Shown here in pieces: positions 50,547-61,973 of a stretch of 64,000 nt of DNA. The stretch is taken from positions 54,710,533 to 54,774,532 of the forward strand of contig NC_068988.1 in assembly GCF_001194135.2 (NCBI RefSeq). Reading direction: 5' to 3'. The stretch comes from Octopus bimaculoides. Taxonomy: Eukaryota. The notes beneath the pieces were generated by a model. The model saw only the letters and a program-made list of their open reading frames with translations. It did no database searches and was not told the DNA's origin. Position 1 is the stretch's first letter, and each line of letters begins with the position of its first letter. A program made the position numbers and the translations under genes.

Positions 50547-50887
50547 CTACCACTGCCACTACTACAACTACTATTACAACCAGCACTACTACTACCACTA
50601 CCACAACTACAGTAACTATTACAACTACTATCAACACCACTACCACCACTACTACTACTATCAACACCACTACTACTACTACTACTACTTAACAATGTCT
50701 CAAAGTCTAAATGAAGAGTCTTTGTATGAGAGTTTAGTGTCTGCCGTTGAGAGTGGGTCAGTGCAATGCCGCCTGGTGCGGTGAGGGGTTAAGTTCACTA
50801 TGACTACTAAATGAAAAGGTTTCTTTCTTCTAGACTCGTGTTTTCTGTTGAGTCTTACTCTATAACTGAAAGTCACATGATAATCCC

Positions 50888-50983
<96 letters not shown>

Positions 50984-51204
50984 TGAACACCTACATCTTG
51001 GTACTGTATGGCCTACCCTGTTGTTAGTGCTGTTAGCTTTAGTCTTTGTTTTCTGTCTTGTTGGCATCTCCCTTTTAACTAACAACCACTCATCTAATGC
51101 CAACACTGTCATTTATACTAATAACAACAACAGCAACAATAATAGTGACCATAGTAACAACACTGTCATATACATTAACACCATCACTAATTATCATCAT
51201 CATT

Positions 51205-52030
51205 ATCATCATCATCATCGTTTAATGTCCATTTTCAATGTTGGCATGGGTTAGACGGTCTGACTGGGACAGCCGGAGTGCTGTCCAAGCACCAATTGTC
51301 TGTTTGGGCATGGTTTCTATGGCTGGATGCTCTTCCTAATGCCAGCCACTTTACAGAGTGTACTGAGGTGCTTTTTACATGCTACCAGTACAGGTGCATT
51401 TATGTGGCACCAGCACAGGTGCATTTTACATGCCATCAGCACTTGCAAAACAAAGACCTTCTTAGCTGGGAGAGGGAGTGGGGGAGGTATGGCCATAAAG
51501 GACATGCCTATATCTATGGATGGCCACGATTTTACTTAGCTTGACATGTCTCCTCAAGTACAACAAATCACCACAAGTCTCGATCTCTTGTCATCTCATC
51601 ATCTTCAAAAATACTAATAATTTAATAAACCAATTTCACATACAAAACCATCACTATGATCTTCAACAAGTCAACAGGGGTGTCTATGTGGCTGCCCAAC
51701 CTGCTAGAAATAACAACTAAATTTCCTTCAGCTCACATTATCCTTTAAATTATAAAATGGTCTCAACTTAAATGCCTTTGCTGTCTGCTTAATCAGAGCT
51801 AATATGGGGACTAATTAATTTACAACAGTAAAAGCCACTTATATATTTTTTTTTTAGAAAAAGCATCCATTACACGCTTAGAGCAGTTGATGTTAGGAAG
51901 GGTATCCTGCTGTAGAAACCATGCCAAATCAGATTCAAGCCTGTTGTAGCCCTCCACCTTGCCAGTTTCAGTCAAACCATCTAACCCATGCCAGCATGGA
52001 AAGCAGACACTAAATGATGATGATGATGTG
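51205..52030. mobile_element. Two RTE 3' fragments in opposite orientation (-, 51205-51605; +, 51860-52030)
   Basis: Both carry the ggaagggcatcc/gctgtagaaacc/ccatgccagcatggaaa/(GAT)n tail. Confidence 0.72.
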
Positions 52031-52474
52031 AAAACAACATGTGTTGTATAGAATTTTAAATTTATGCATTTGTGAGATGGCAACATTATTATGTATAACA
52101 TGAGATGATGTTTTCTGGTGTTGCCTGTGAGTTACACAATAACTATTTTGTTTGGTAAAGTGCATTCAAGCATTTTTAAGACAGTAGGGTGAAGTTTGAG
52201 GAAGATTTTGGTAACTATTTCTAGCAAGTCAAGTAAGCAACTACAAGCTTGCTGATATACCGGTATAGAATTACCAGCTGCCTGATACCAAACTCAGGAT
52301 TGAATTTCCAAAATCTTTTGGAAACTACATAGTATGATAGTTGGATAATTACTTTTCAAGGGCATCAAGTTTATCTATCTTTTGACATCAAATATCTCTG
52401 ATCTACAGTTTCCCAGATGAGATCATACAAGAACTGTTCTATCACTTGAATTTGTTTAGCATTTATATATAAAG

Positions 52475-52830
52475 GCACAGATGTGACCGTGCAATTGAAA
52501 AGCTTGCTTTCCAACCATGTGGTTTTGGGTTCAGTCCCACTGTGTGGCACCTTGGGCGAGTGTCTTCAACTGTAACTCCAGGTCAACCAAAGCTTCATAA
52601 GTGGTTGACAGAAACCGAAAGACGTTCATCATATAAATGTGCATGTATATGTGTGTGTGGCTGGCTGGTTGGCTGACTGATTACAGGAAATATTATCTTG
52701 CTTGGAAACAGATGAGGGTTGGCTACAGGAAGGGTATCCACCTATAAAAATACCTGCCTCAACATATTTTGTCTGATGCATGCAAGCATGGAAAAGTGGA
52801 CATTAAACGATGACGACGATGATGATGATT
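52475..52830 (+). mobile_element. SINE family A (A2 tail)
   Basis: ggcacagatgtgacc head, core, and tail gcaagcatggaaaagtggacattaaacgatgacgac. Confidence 0.78.
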
Positions 52831-53428
52831 GTCTGTGTGGATGGGCATGACATTCAGCTTTCTGATAAATCACACACAGTGTCTTACATTGAAGATATCA
52901 CTATCATAGCCACATGCTAAACACTCTAAAACAAGTATACAGAAATTAAAATCCTAACTCTAGAAAAATGAGTAAACAACTTCATCAAATTAACCATTTT
53001 CTCTGTTACTCACAGGTAGTATCAGAAAACATCACTTCATGCTATACATCACAATAATGTCATCATCTCATATTTACAAAAATCTAAACTTTTATACATC
53101 ACATGTCTTTTTAAGGCAACTACAGAATGGCCTGGCACTCCATCAGTTACAATAACTAAATGTTCCAGTAGATTCAATCAGTGGAAGAGCATGCTTGTGA
53201 AATTTAATTGCAAGTGACTGAGTATTCCATAGTCACACAAACATATAGTCCCATTTGATTCCTATTTTGCTCTACTGCTCCCTTAACCCCATAGCTATTT
53301 GATGTTTAATAAAAAGTTCTACTGTATTTTTATAATTACATATTATTGAGAAAAGTATTAAAATATTGTTAAAATATTTTGTGCATTATAGAAGCATAAT
53401 GAATTTATTGCTTGTAAGCTTTAACAGC

Positions 53429-53713
53429 AAAATCTTATATGGACATCGCAAGGGCTATATAAGCCCCATTTGAGAATGGCTGGTCTAACCTATACCAGTA
53501 TGGGTGGTAGCAGTGGTGGTGGTGGTGGTAACGATTGATTCATATAAGGTGAAATAATTTCAGTAAATAAAAAATCTTATATGGACCCTGCAAAGGCTAT
53601 ATGAGCCCCAGTTGAGAATGGCTGGTCTAACCTATACCAGTATGGGTGGCAGCAGCAGTGGTGGTGGTGATAACGATTGATTGATATAAGGTGAAATAAT
53701 TTCAGTAACTAAA
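53429..53713. repeat. Tandem duplication, 142-bp period, each unit containing a hAT/Charlie-like terminus
   Basis: Units start at 53429 and 53571; the minus strand reads cagccattctcaactggggctcatatagcctttgcagggtccat (CAGxxxTTCTCAAC-type end). Confidence 0.75.
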
Positions 53714-54168
53714 ATGTACAAAATACACAAAGCATTATCCACCCACCATTCTATACATACTCTATCCACTGACCACTTCCATCCAAATATCCTAAATATA
53801 TAACTGATACAATACGGATAATAACTCGTAAACGCCCATCATCAAAAACTGAGGCAATTTTTGACTGTGAAATTTACATTTCCTTAATTTGGTGCTTAAT
53901 GACTGAATCTCCTTTGCTCCATAGGAGATTCAGTCATTAAGTTTGTGCTTGTGTGTATGTATAATGTGTATATCTCATGTCACGCATGTCCTATACCAAA
54001 AAGCCATCAATAAAATCTTAATTCTTAATAAGAGTTCCTAAAGTTTGTTTATCATGTTTTCGTTATAAACAAAGTTCTGAAATCAAGAAATTATGTCATT
54101 AGTATACTAGTTATAATAATACTACTTGTTATAATAACAATAGTTTGCTTGGAGTGGAGGAGGTTGCT

Positions 54169-54209
<41 letters not shown>

Positions 54210-54539
54210 TCTAATTTTCCATGAGTAGGATGGTACATTCATTATAACTGTTGCAATGTTTAAACTCTTCTTACAAATGGATGCTTATATATATATATTT
54301 ATATATGTGTGTGTGTGTGTGTGTGTGTCAGATGGAACCTTGATGACTGTCATGAGGCAGGAAAGTATACTAGTCATTATATATTTAATACTCAATATTT
54401 CATATATTCAATAAGACATTCAATACTTCATTTCATTTTACTATTTATATTATATATTCCATATTCTATATCCCACATTAATTTTTGTAAGAATATAAAT
54501 AAAACACAAAAATAGACAGAGCTGGAACTCTTTTAAATA

Positions 54540-54575
<36 letters not shown>

Positions 54576-55093
54576 ATAAACACGTACACATTTAATCACA
54601 TATCTATGAAAAGGAATGGATCCTGTTCTTTAAGCAAACTGGATAAAGCAAGGCTAGACACCTTTCTCAAAGCCACAAAACTATGACAGTGGCAGAATCT
54701 GCTCTTTAGACCAACCACAGGATCCGTAGCCACACCTTAACCATAATCATTATCCCCATTACAAATGGTTGCATCAACAATAGAGAACAGCTGAATAAAT
54801 AAATTACAGGCACCCATCATTAATTTGAAACCTTACTGAGACAAAGTGGCTAGAATCTGTTTGAAAAGGACCTTGTATATATATTTCCTTAAGCTTTTTG
54901 CTCCCTGTGGTGCATAGGCAATCAGCAGTTTTATTTCCACTGCTCTCAAATCTAGGCTGTACTTTCTACTTCCCAGCTCTATCTCAGTATACTGCCTCCA
55001 GCTAATTTTAGGGTCTCCTTTTCTTCCACTCCTTTACAAGTTCATATGTTTCCCTGAAGGAAAGCTTTTCTCTTTCAGGTCTTGTTGGTTTAA

Positions 55094-55313
55094 CCCTTTA
55101 GCATTCAAATCTCTCTGTCAAATGTAAAGCTTATTTATTCACATTGTTTTCAATTAACCATATATTATCTTTTAGCCTTGAGATTTTGAGGACATGATTG
55201 TTTATTTTTAGATTAACATTGTAGGATTGGTGTGAGAGGCCGAATCTGGCTTATCTGAATGTAAAACGGGTAGAATATTTGAGCCAGATATAGCCAGTTT
55301 AAATGCTAAAGGG
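55094..55313. mobile_element. piggyBac-like MITE, 220 bp, TTAA TSD
   Basis: TTAA|CCCTTTAGCATT ... AATGCTAAAGGG|TTAA; 12-bp perfect TIR. Confidence 0.88.
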
Positions 55314-55742
55314 TTAAAATTGTCATAGATGCTTCTGTAATTGTGCTTTTTTACTAGGTTGGGAGTGTTGGCCTTATGCAAACTCATTTTTACCTCTAAG
55401 AAGAAATGGTCCATATTAGTTTGGTCTCTGCCCTTTAATCTGTCCATTCTGCTGGCATAGCTCTCATGGTCAGTGAGAAACAAGAGCCACAACACTGCAA
55501 TGAAGACCAGATCTTGTGGTGAAGCCTTATATATAATCATTACCCATATCTTTATTATCGTTCTCAACTCCCTATATGTAACATGCAGTGAACTGCCCAG
55601 TTTGTTCTGTGCATATGCTATACTAAAAGCCATTACTTCACAGAATGACTACTGCAGTTTAATTTGGTGATAATAATGATAATTATGACAAAAGATTAAC
55701 TACTTTGACTTTCATTAATTATGTCATTGTTTTTATTTTCAG

Positions 55743-55853
55743 TTAGTGGATTTGACTCGTATGTGAAAGTACCAGTTGATGATGGTGGTGATGGTCTTAT
55801 TCGTTCAGACTCTTATGGGAATTTCAATAATTTAATAGAATCCAGCACAAATG
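55743..55853 (+). CDS. TNS: Tensin exon H: VSGFDSYVKVPVDDGGDGLIRSDSYGNFNNLIESSTN
   Basis: Acceptor tttttattttcag, donor gtaaga; 111 nt, phase 1-1; LIRSDSYGNF parallels vertebrate LIRWDSYxNF. Confidence 0.9.
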
Positions 55854-55934
55854 GTAAGACTTTTGTTCATTATCTTCTCAGCTAGTTCTGCTGCTGGCTT
55901 TAACCATTCAGTTGAACTAAATCTAGTTGCAGGA

Positions 55935-56262
55935 ATGGCTGTGTTGTTAAGAAGCTAGCTTTGCAGCCACATGACTTTGGGTTCAGTTCCACTGAATGGC
56001 ACCTTGGGCAAACCAATGTTTTATGAGTGGATTTGGTAGATAGAAATTGTGTTGAGTTTACTGTGTTTGTCCACCATCTCCTCTGCTTGACAAGTGTTGG
56101 TTTGTTTATGTCCCCATAACTTAGTGGTTTGCCAAAAGAGACTGAAAGACTAACTATCAGACTTAAAAATGAGCACTGGGATTTATTTGTTTGACTAAAC
56201 CCTTCAAGATGGTGCCTCTGCATAGCCACTGTCCAATGCTTGAGACAAGTAAAAGCTAAAAG
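55935..56262 (+). mobile_element. SINE family A (A1 tail)
   Basis: ggaatggctgtgttgttaagaagc head through gagacaagtaaaag tail. Confidence 0.72.
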
Positions 56263-57334
56263 ATAAATGGCCCCCCCCCCNNNNNNNNNNNNNNNNNNNN
56301 NNNNNNNNNNNNNNNNNNNNNNNNNNNNNNNNNNNNNNNNNNNNNNNNNNNNNNNNNNNNNNNNNNNNNNNNNNNNNNNNNNNNNNCCCCAGCCCCATCA
56401 ACCATCACTCGGAGTTGAAATTTCCATTACTTTTTCCCTATCATCCTGCCACACTACCAAAACTTTATTCCCAGTACTATAAATTGATAGATTTGCTCTT
56501 AATTCTTATACAAATCTGGCTGAGACTGCCCCTGGGTCTATGCCATAAACTTTCTCATTTTAAATTCATCTAAATTTAAACCTTCCATCAAAATTTCATA
56601 CTTTGTTTTAAACACTAGCATGATAATGGCAGTTATTTTAGGAAATTTTTCTTTATGTTCAAAATTAATTGAAACAAGAGTAATGTATTTCAACAGAAAT
56701 ATGGCAACAAAATGGTTAATTCCATATTGTTTTATTCCATACTTCCATCAAATTCTTAAAATGGCTCAATCTATAGCCTTGACACACTTTCTATATGTAA
56801 TAGCCAGTATTTTTAAAGGATGGTGTTTGATGATTAAATATCGCAAAAGTCTTAAATAGTTCTGTATCGATTGTTATGTCATTTCTTCCAATGTTTAATA
56901 TCTTCTTTCAAATACAACCCTTTCAAATACAATCCACCTGAAATGACCTTTGGTTCTGTGATATAAAACTTTTCATCATAAAAATGGTCATATTTATATT
57001 ATAACCTGTCATAATCTCATGAAAGGAGCTTCTCATAAATGATGTTCCAAACACCAGCTTAATTCTTTGTTAAGTTAATTTGCTAAATCCCACCAAAATC
57101 TTTATTTTTAGAATTTCATTGTAACACACTCACACATGCATTCCATGAGAAACCTGGTAACAAAAGTGTTAAATCTATTAGTTATATGCCATTACAAAAT
57201 CCTATATTCCTACTTTTCTTGACATTTATGACATCATGCAGATAAATATCCAACAAATTAGCCAAGTTCTTATTCCAAGTTTCAGTTCCTAATTGGGATC
57301 ATTTTAATTTAAACACGTCAGGCATAAGCATTGC

Positions 57335-58075
57335 TATGTGGTTAAGATGCTTGCTTCCCAACCACATGGTTTTTGGTTCAATCCTACTGTGTGGCACCTT
57401 AGGCAATTGTTTTCTATTACAGCCCTAGGCCATCCAAATCTTTGTGAGTGGATTTGGTAGAGGAGAAACTGAAAAAGCATATCATGTGTATATGTATATA
57501 TAGGCCTCATGGAGGCAATAAACAAGACCTTTGGCATTATGTTGTGCTTGAGAAGAAGACCCATAAAGCCAAGCAAAATCGCAGTTGTGGCAGATACCAG
57601 TGTCACATAAATTGGCACCCATGCCAGCGGCACATAAATGCACACCAGTGTCATGCAAATTGCATCCATGCCAGTGGCATATAAAAGCACCCACTACACT
57701 CTCAGAGTGGTTGGCGTTAGGAAAGCCATCCAGCCATAGAAAACCATGCCAAATCAGACTGGAATGTGGTGCAGCTTTCTAGCGTGCCAGCTTGGACAAT
57801 GGACGTTAAATGATGATGATGATGGTGTGTGTGTGTGTATATTTGTATCTCCTTGTCCTGACATTGTGTGGTAGTTGTAAGTGAGTGTTACTGTTATACA
57901 AGCAGTGTTGTTTCCAATACCCTGTGAAAACACATCTGACCATGACGAAATATTGCCTTCCTTGGAAATAGTTAAGGGGTAGGGACAGGAAGAGCATCTG
58001 GTTGTAGAAAATCTGCCTCAGTAAACTCTGTCTGACCCAGGCAACCATGAAAAAGTGGATATTAAAATGATGACA
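57335..58075 (+). mobile_element. Family A2 SINE interrupted by an RTE 3' fragment (about 57505-57815)
   Basis: A head/core at 57335-57480, RTE ORF end and UTR next, then the A2 tail resumes at about 57820. Confidence 0.7.
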
Positions 58076-58164
58076 ATTCTATGAATTTGTGATAATCTGA
58101 GCTTTCACTCATGTCTTTTCAACCACTTTCCATATCACATAAATATAAGAGGACCTTGGCCAAT

Positions 58165-58525
58165 ATCTTCATCATTCTTTAATGTCCACTTTTCCATACT
58201 TGCATGAATCAGACAGAATTTTGTTGAAGCAGATTTTTCTCTAGCCAGATGCCTTTCCTGTCACCAACCTTTACTTGTTTCCAAACATGATAATATTTCC
58301 CATGTTTAGACATGTTTTTTTCTCTTAGGACAGGCAATATGATGATGATACTTATTTATAACCATCATATGACGTGAAGACAAGAGAACACACACACATA
58401 CACACACACACAACAAACTTCTTCCAGTTCCCATCTACCAAATCAACTCACAAAGCTTTGGTCAGCTCAAGGCTATAATTGAAGACACTTGCCTAAAGTA
58501 CGGTGAAGTGGGACTGAACCCAAGA
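58165..58525 (-). mobile_element. SINE family A (A2 tail)
   Basis: Reverse complement of the tail (tttaatgtccacttttccatacttgcatg) and core (gacacttgcctaa...gtgggactgaaccc). Confidence 0.75.
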
Positions 58526-58595
58526 GACTCACACAGTTAATGACGTAGAAACAAGATGGGCTAATATAAACATGTGTAATTTGTACTGTAATTGC

Positions 58596-58687
<92 letters not shown>

Positions 58688-58758
58688 CACTGTTAATATA
58701 AATGATGCCTTTCTCTTCTTGTTACTGTTAATATAAGTCTTCTCTCTTCTCATTCCAG

Positions 58759-58965
58759 CTGATGTCAATGCTAATGGTCTAGATAGCACAGTGAACATCA
58801 ATGAAACTATCCAGCACTCTGAAGGTCCACTAGATGGCAGTCTCTATGCTACAGTCAACAAGAGGCGAATGGAAACCACTACGACTACTAGTACTACATA
58901 CGTCAATGGCATCAACGGATCTGTGCATGATTCTAGTATGGATTCGGGTATATCCTCCTCTTACG
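58759..58965 (+). CDS. TNS: Tensin exon I: ADVNANGLDSTVNINETIQHSEGPLDGSLYATVNKRRMETTTTTSTTYVNGINGSVHDSSMDSGISSSY
   Basis: Acceptor cttctcattccag; phase 1-1; GPLDGSLYA motif. Donor G|gtagtg at 58966 is weak, and an alternative phase-1 donor exists at 58948. Confidence 0.88.
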
Positions 58966-59844
58966 GTAGTGCTGTGTCTTGTTTGCTTTTTTTTCTCCTC
59001 CTGCTTTTCCCTCTCACCCTATTCAGTCCCTCCCCTTCAAACTCCACCTCTCTTTCTTTTCCTCCTCATTTTTCCCACCCCTCCTCTCATTTTTTGCTAA
59101 CTCCCTCTCCTACTCTGCTGTTTTTCACTGTATGCCTTCCACACTGTTCTCTCTTTCTCTCTTCCTCTCACTAACCCTCCCATTGTCCTTGATTTCTTTC
59201 AATGAAAGTACCCCACCATTTAACAGTCAGAGGAAGAACTGGAGGAGAAATAGCTGTTTCTAAATGTAGAAATGTAAATTTTAAATGGCAATAAGTAAAG
59301 AGGCACCAGGCATGGCTTCACTTTTCCTAATTTCCCTTAGAAAGTGCATGAATATTCCACATTATTATTTTCACCTAATTCTAAAGCATGACCATCACCA
59401 CATGAAAAGCACTGCTGCTAGTGCCACATGAAAAGCACCCAGTACTTTCTGTAAAGTGGTTGACATTAAGAGGGACATCCAGCTGTAGTAATTATGCCAA
59501 AACAGACAATGGAGCTTAGTGTGGTATCCAACCCATGCCAGCTTGGAAAACAGACATTAAATGATGATGATCAATACTTGTACCATACAGCTAATTAATT
59601 ATGAGCTTAGCAAGAGAGACTATGAGCCGTAGAATATTTGGTCATATCTGCTCTTTGTTCTGAGTTTAAATTTCACCAAAGTCAGGTTCACCCTTCATCC
59701 TTTCCTGTCTACATCAGCAGGTTATATATGTAACCCCCTACTGACTTCCTTGACAAGTGCCATATGCTTTTCATGGAATATTTATGAGAAAATGCAAAAG
59801 TGGTTTCTAATTTGTCAGAGCATTCCTTCATCATCATCCTCATC

Positions 59845-60190
59845 ATCATCATCATCATCATTTAGCGTTTGTTTTCCATGCTGGCATGTGTTTGACTGGA
59901 ACTAGTAAGCCAGAGAGCTGTACCAGGCTCTGGTCTGATTTGGCTTGGTTTCTATGGTTGAATGCTCTTCCTAGAACCAACCACTCCAAGAGTGCAGTGG
60001 GTGCCTTTTACGTGTCACCAGCACTGGCCACAACTATGATTTCACTTGGTTTGACAAGTCTTCTCAAGCACAGCAGATCACCAAAAGTCTCAATCACTTG
60101 TCAATGCTTCCATGAGACCCAACATTCACAGATCGTACTTCATCACTTCGTCCTATATCTTCCTGGGTCTGCCTTTTCCACAAGTTCACC
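59845..60190 (-). mobile_element. RTE 3' fragment with decayed ORF end
   Basis: Homologous to 21675-22407 (cttcctgggtctgccttttccacaag = GKGRPRK on the minus strand); a + strand tail copy lies at 59390-59572. Confidence 0.75.
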
Positions 60191-60601
60191 TGCTCGGGCA
60201 CTTTGACCATCAAGAGTCAGAACAAATATTGTCTAGCATTTTGTTCAGTACTCCAACTATTCTACCAATCCTTTACTTTGGACTTGTATTTTATTTTATC
60301 GACATGGCTATGTGGTTTAGAAGCTTGCTTCCCAATCATGTGGTCTCTGCTTCAGTCCCACTGTGTGGCACCTTGGCCAATTATCTTCTACAATTGCCCT
60401 GGGTTGACCAAAACTTTGAGAGTGGATTTGGAAGACAAAACTGAAAGAAGCTCACTACATGGAGAATGTCATCTGTTTTCAAAGAATGTTTAAAGTTTCA
60501 TGTGATATTTTGCATGTTTTATCAGTAGCTTTATTTATAATTACGGAGATATACTTGCATAGCAAGCGACCTGATCTAAGATCGTGTGCTGGAACGAAAA
60601 C

Positions 60602-60877
60602 AATTGCAGCGTGGAAGGTGTTTATAAGCCATTTAAGAAACACACAAAAACCGTTAGATTCCCTTCAACATTTAAATTTAATTTGCCAAAATATTTTCAT
60701 CGCTTTGAGATTGTGACCTGTTCATTGACAAAATTCCATGCTGCATCTTGTCAGTGAACAGGTCGCGGTCTCAAAGCGATGAAAATATTTTGGCAAATTA
60801 AATTTATATGTTGAAGTGAATCTAACGGTTTTTGTGTGTTTCTTAAATGGCTTATAAACACCTTCCACGCTGCAATT
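60602..60877. repeat. 130-bp inverted repeat with 16-nt loop
   Basis: Arms 60602-60731 and 60748-60877 differ at 6 positions. Confidence 0.95.
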
Positions 60878-61297
60878 ATTTATTTATAATGTTTATGATA
60901 CCCTGCATGTTCAGAGAATGACTACATGCATATTATGCTTATTTGTAATTCAATTTGTGTGTGTGCACATGCACGCGCACTTACAACTCTCAAGCTAAGA
61001 CCTCTTTGAAATTATAATTCATAAATATACTTTCTATTTTGCTTTTTTCTTCCCATTTCTAATTTATTTACTGTTATTTCTATTCTTGCTGTTATAACAA
61101 ATTGTCTGGTAGACTGACTGTTGGTTTATGAAGTTAATTAATATCTATCAAGTGAAAACTAAGTTGGTGATCCAGTGCAAAAGTAAGGAAGCTCTTTCAG
61201 CATTTTATTGGAAATATGATCTTCCACTTGAATGTCTCAGATTGCAGCTGGTATATCTGATAAAACTGGAATTACTTTTAGTAATCTCTTACTGATC

Positions 61298-61365
<68 letters not shown>

Positions 61366-61591
61366 NNNNNNNNNNNNNNNNNNNNNNNNNNNNNNNNNNN
61401 NNNNNNNNNNNNNNNNNNNNNNNNNNNNNNNNNNNNNNNNNNNNNNNNNNNNNNNNNNNNNNNNNNNNNNNNNNNNNNNNNNNNNNNNNNNNNNNNNNNN
61501 NNNNNNNNNNNNNNNNNNNNNNNNNNNNNNNNNNNNNNNNNNNNNNNNNNNNNNNNNNNNNNNNNNNNNNNNNNNNNNNNNNNNNNNNNNN

Positions 61592-61660
<69 letters not shown>

Positions 61661-61973
61661 CTAATAACAGTTTGACTCAATTCCATTTGACTGAAAGTGG
61701 GTGCATAGGACAAACCCATCTCATCAGGTATCAGAAGATATTTCTTCTAATACCTGATGAAATGGGTTCATCTTATGTGCCCACAAAATTTTAAGTCATA
61801 TTGAGCAGAGCTTTATCAAGTTGTTGTTAAAAAATACTTGTAATCCCACCAGATGTTTAGGGTGTTGCTTTCTTTTGTTTTCCTCTCACTCATGTGTGTG
61901 TGTTTGTAATCTCTTTCACTTTCTTAAGCAGTTTTTATTCGTTACTTTAATATTGTCTTTTCTTCTGTTTCAG

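Larger units (their letters stand above)
1945..61590. other. Assembly gaps (N-runs): 1945-2029, 5535-5708, 13276-13298, 15670-15893, 16642-17380, 24500-25199, 35279-36022, 36902-37646, 40672-40681, 56281-56386, 61366-61590
   Basis: Read directly; most are flanked by microsatellites. Exon phases and family alignment need no exon inside them. Confidence 0.99.
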
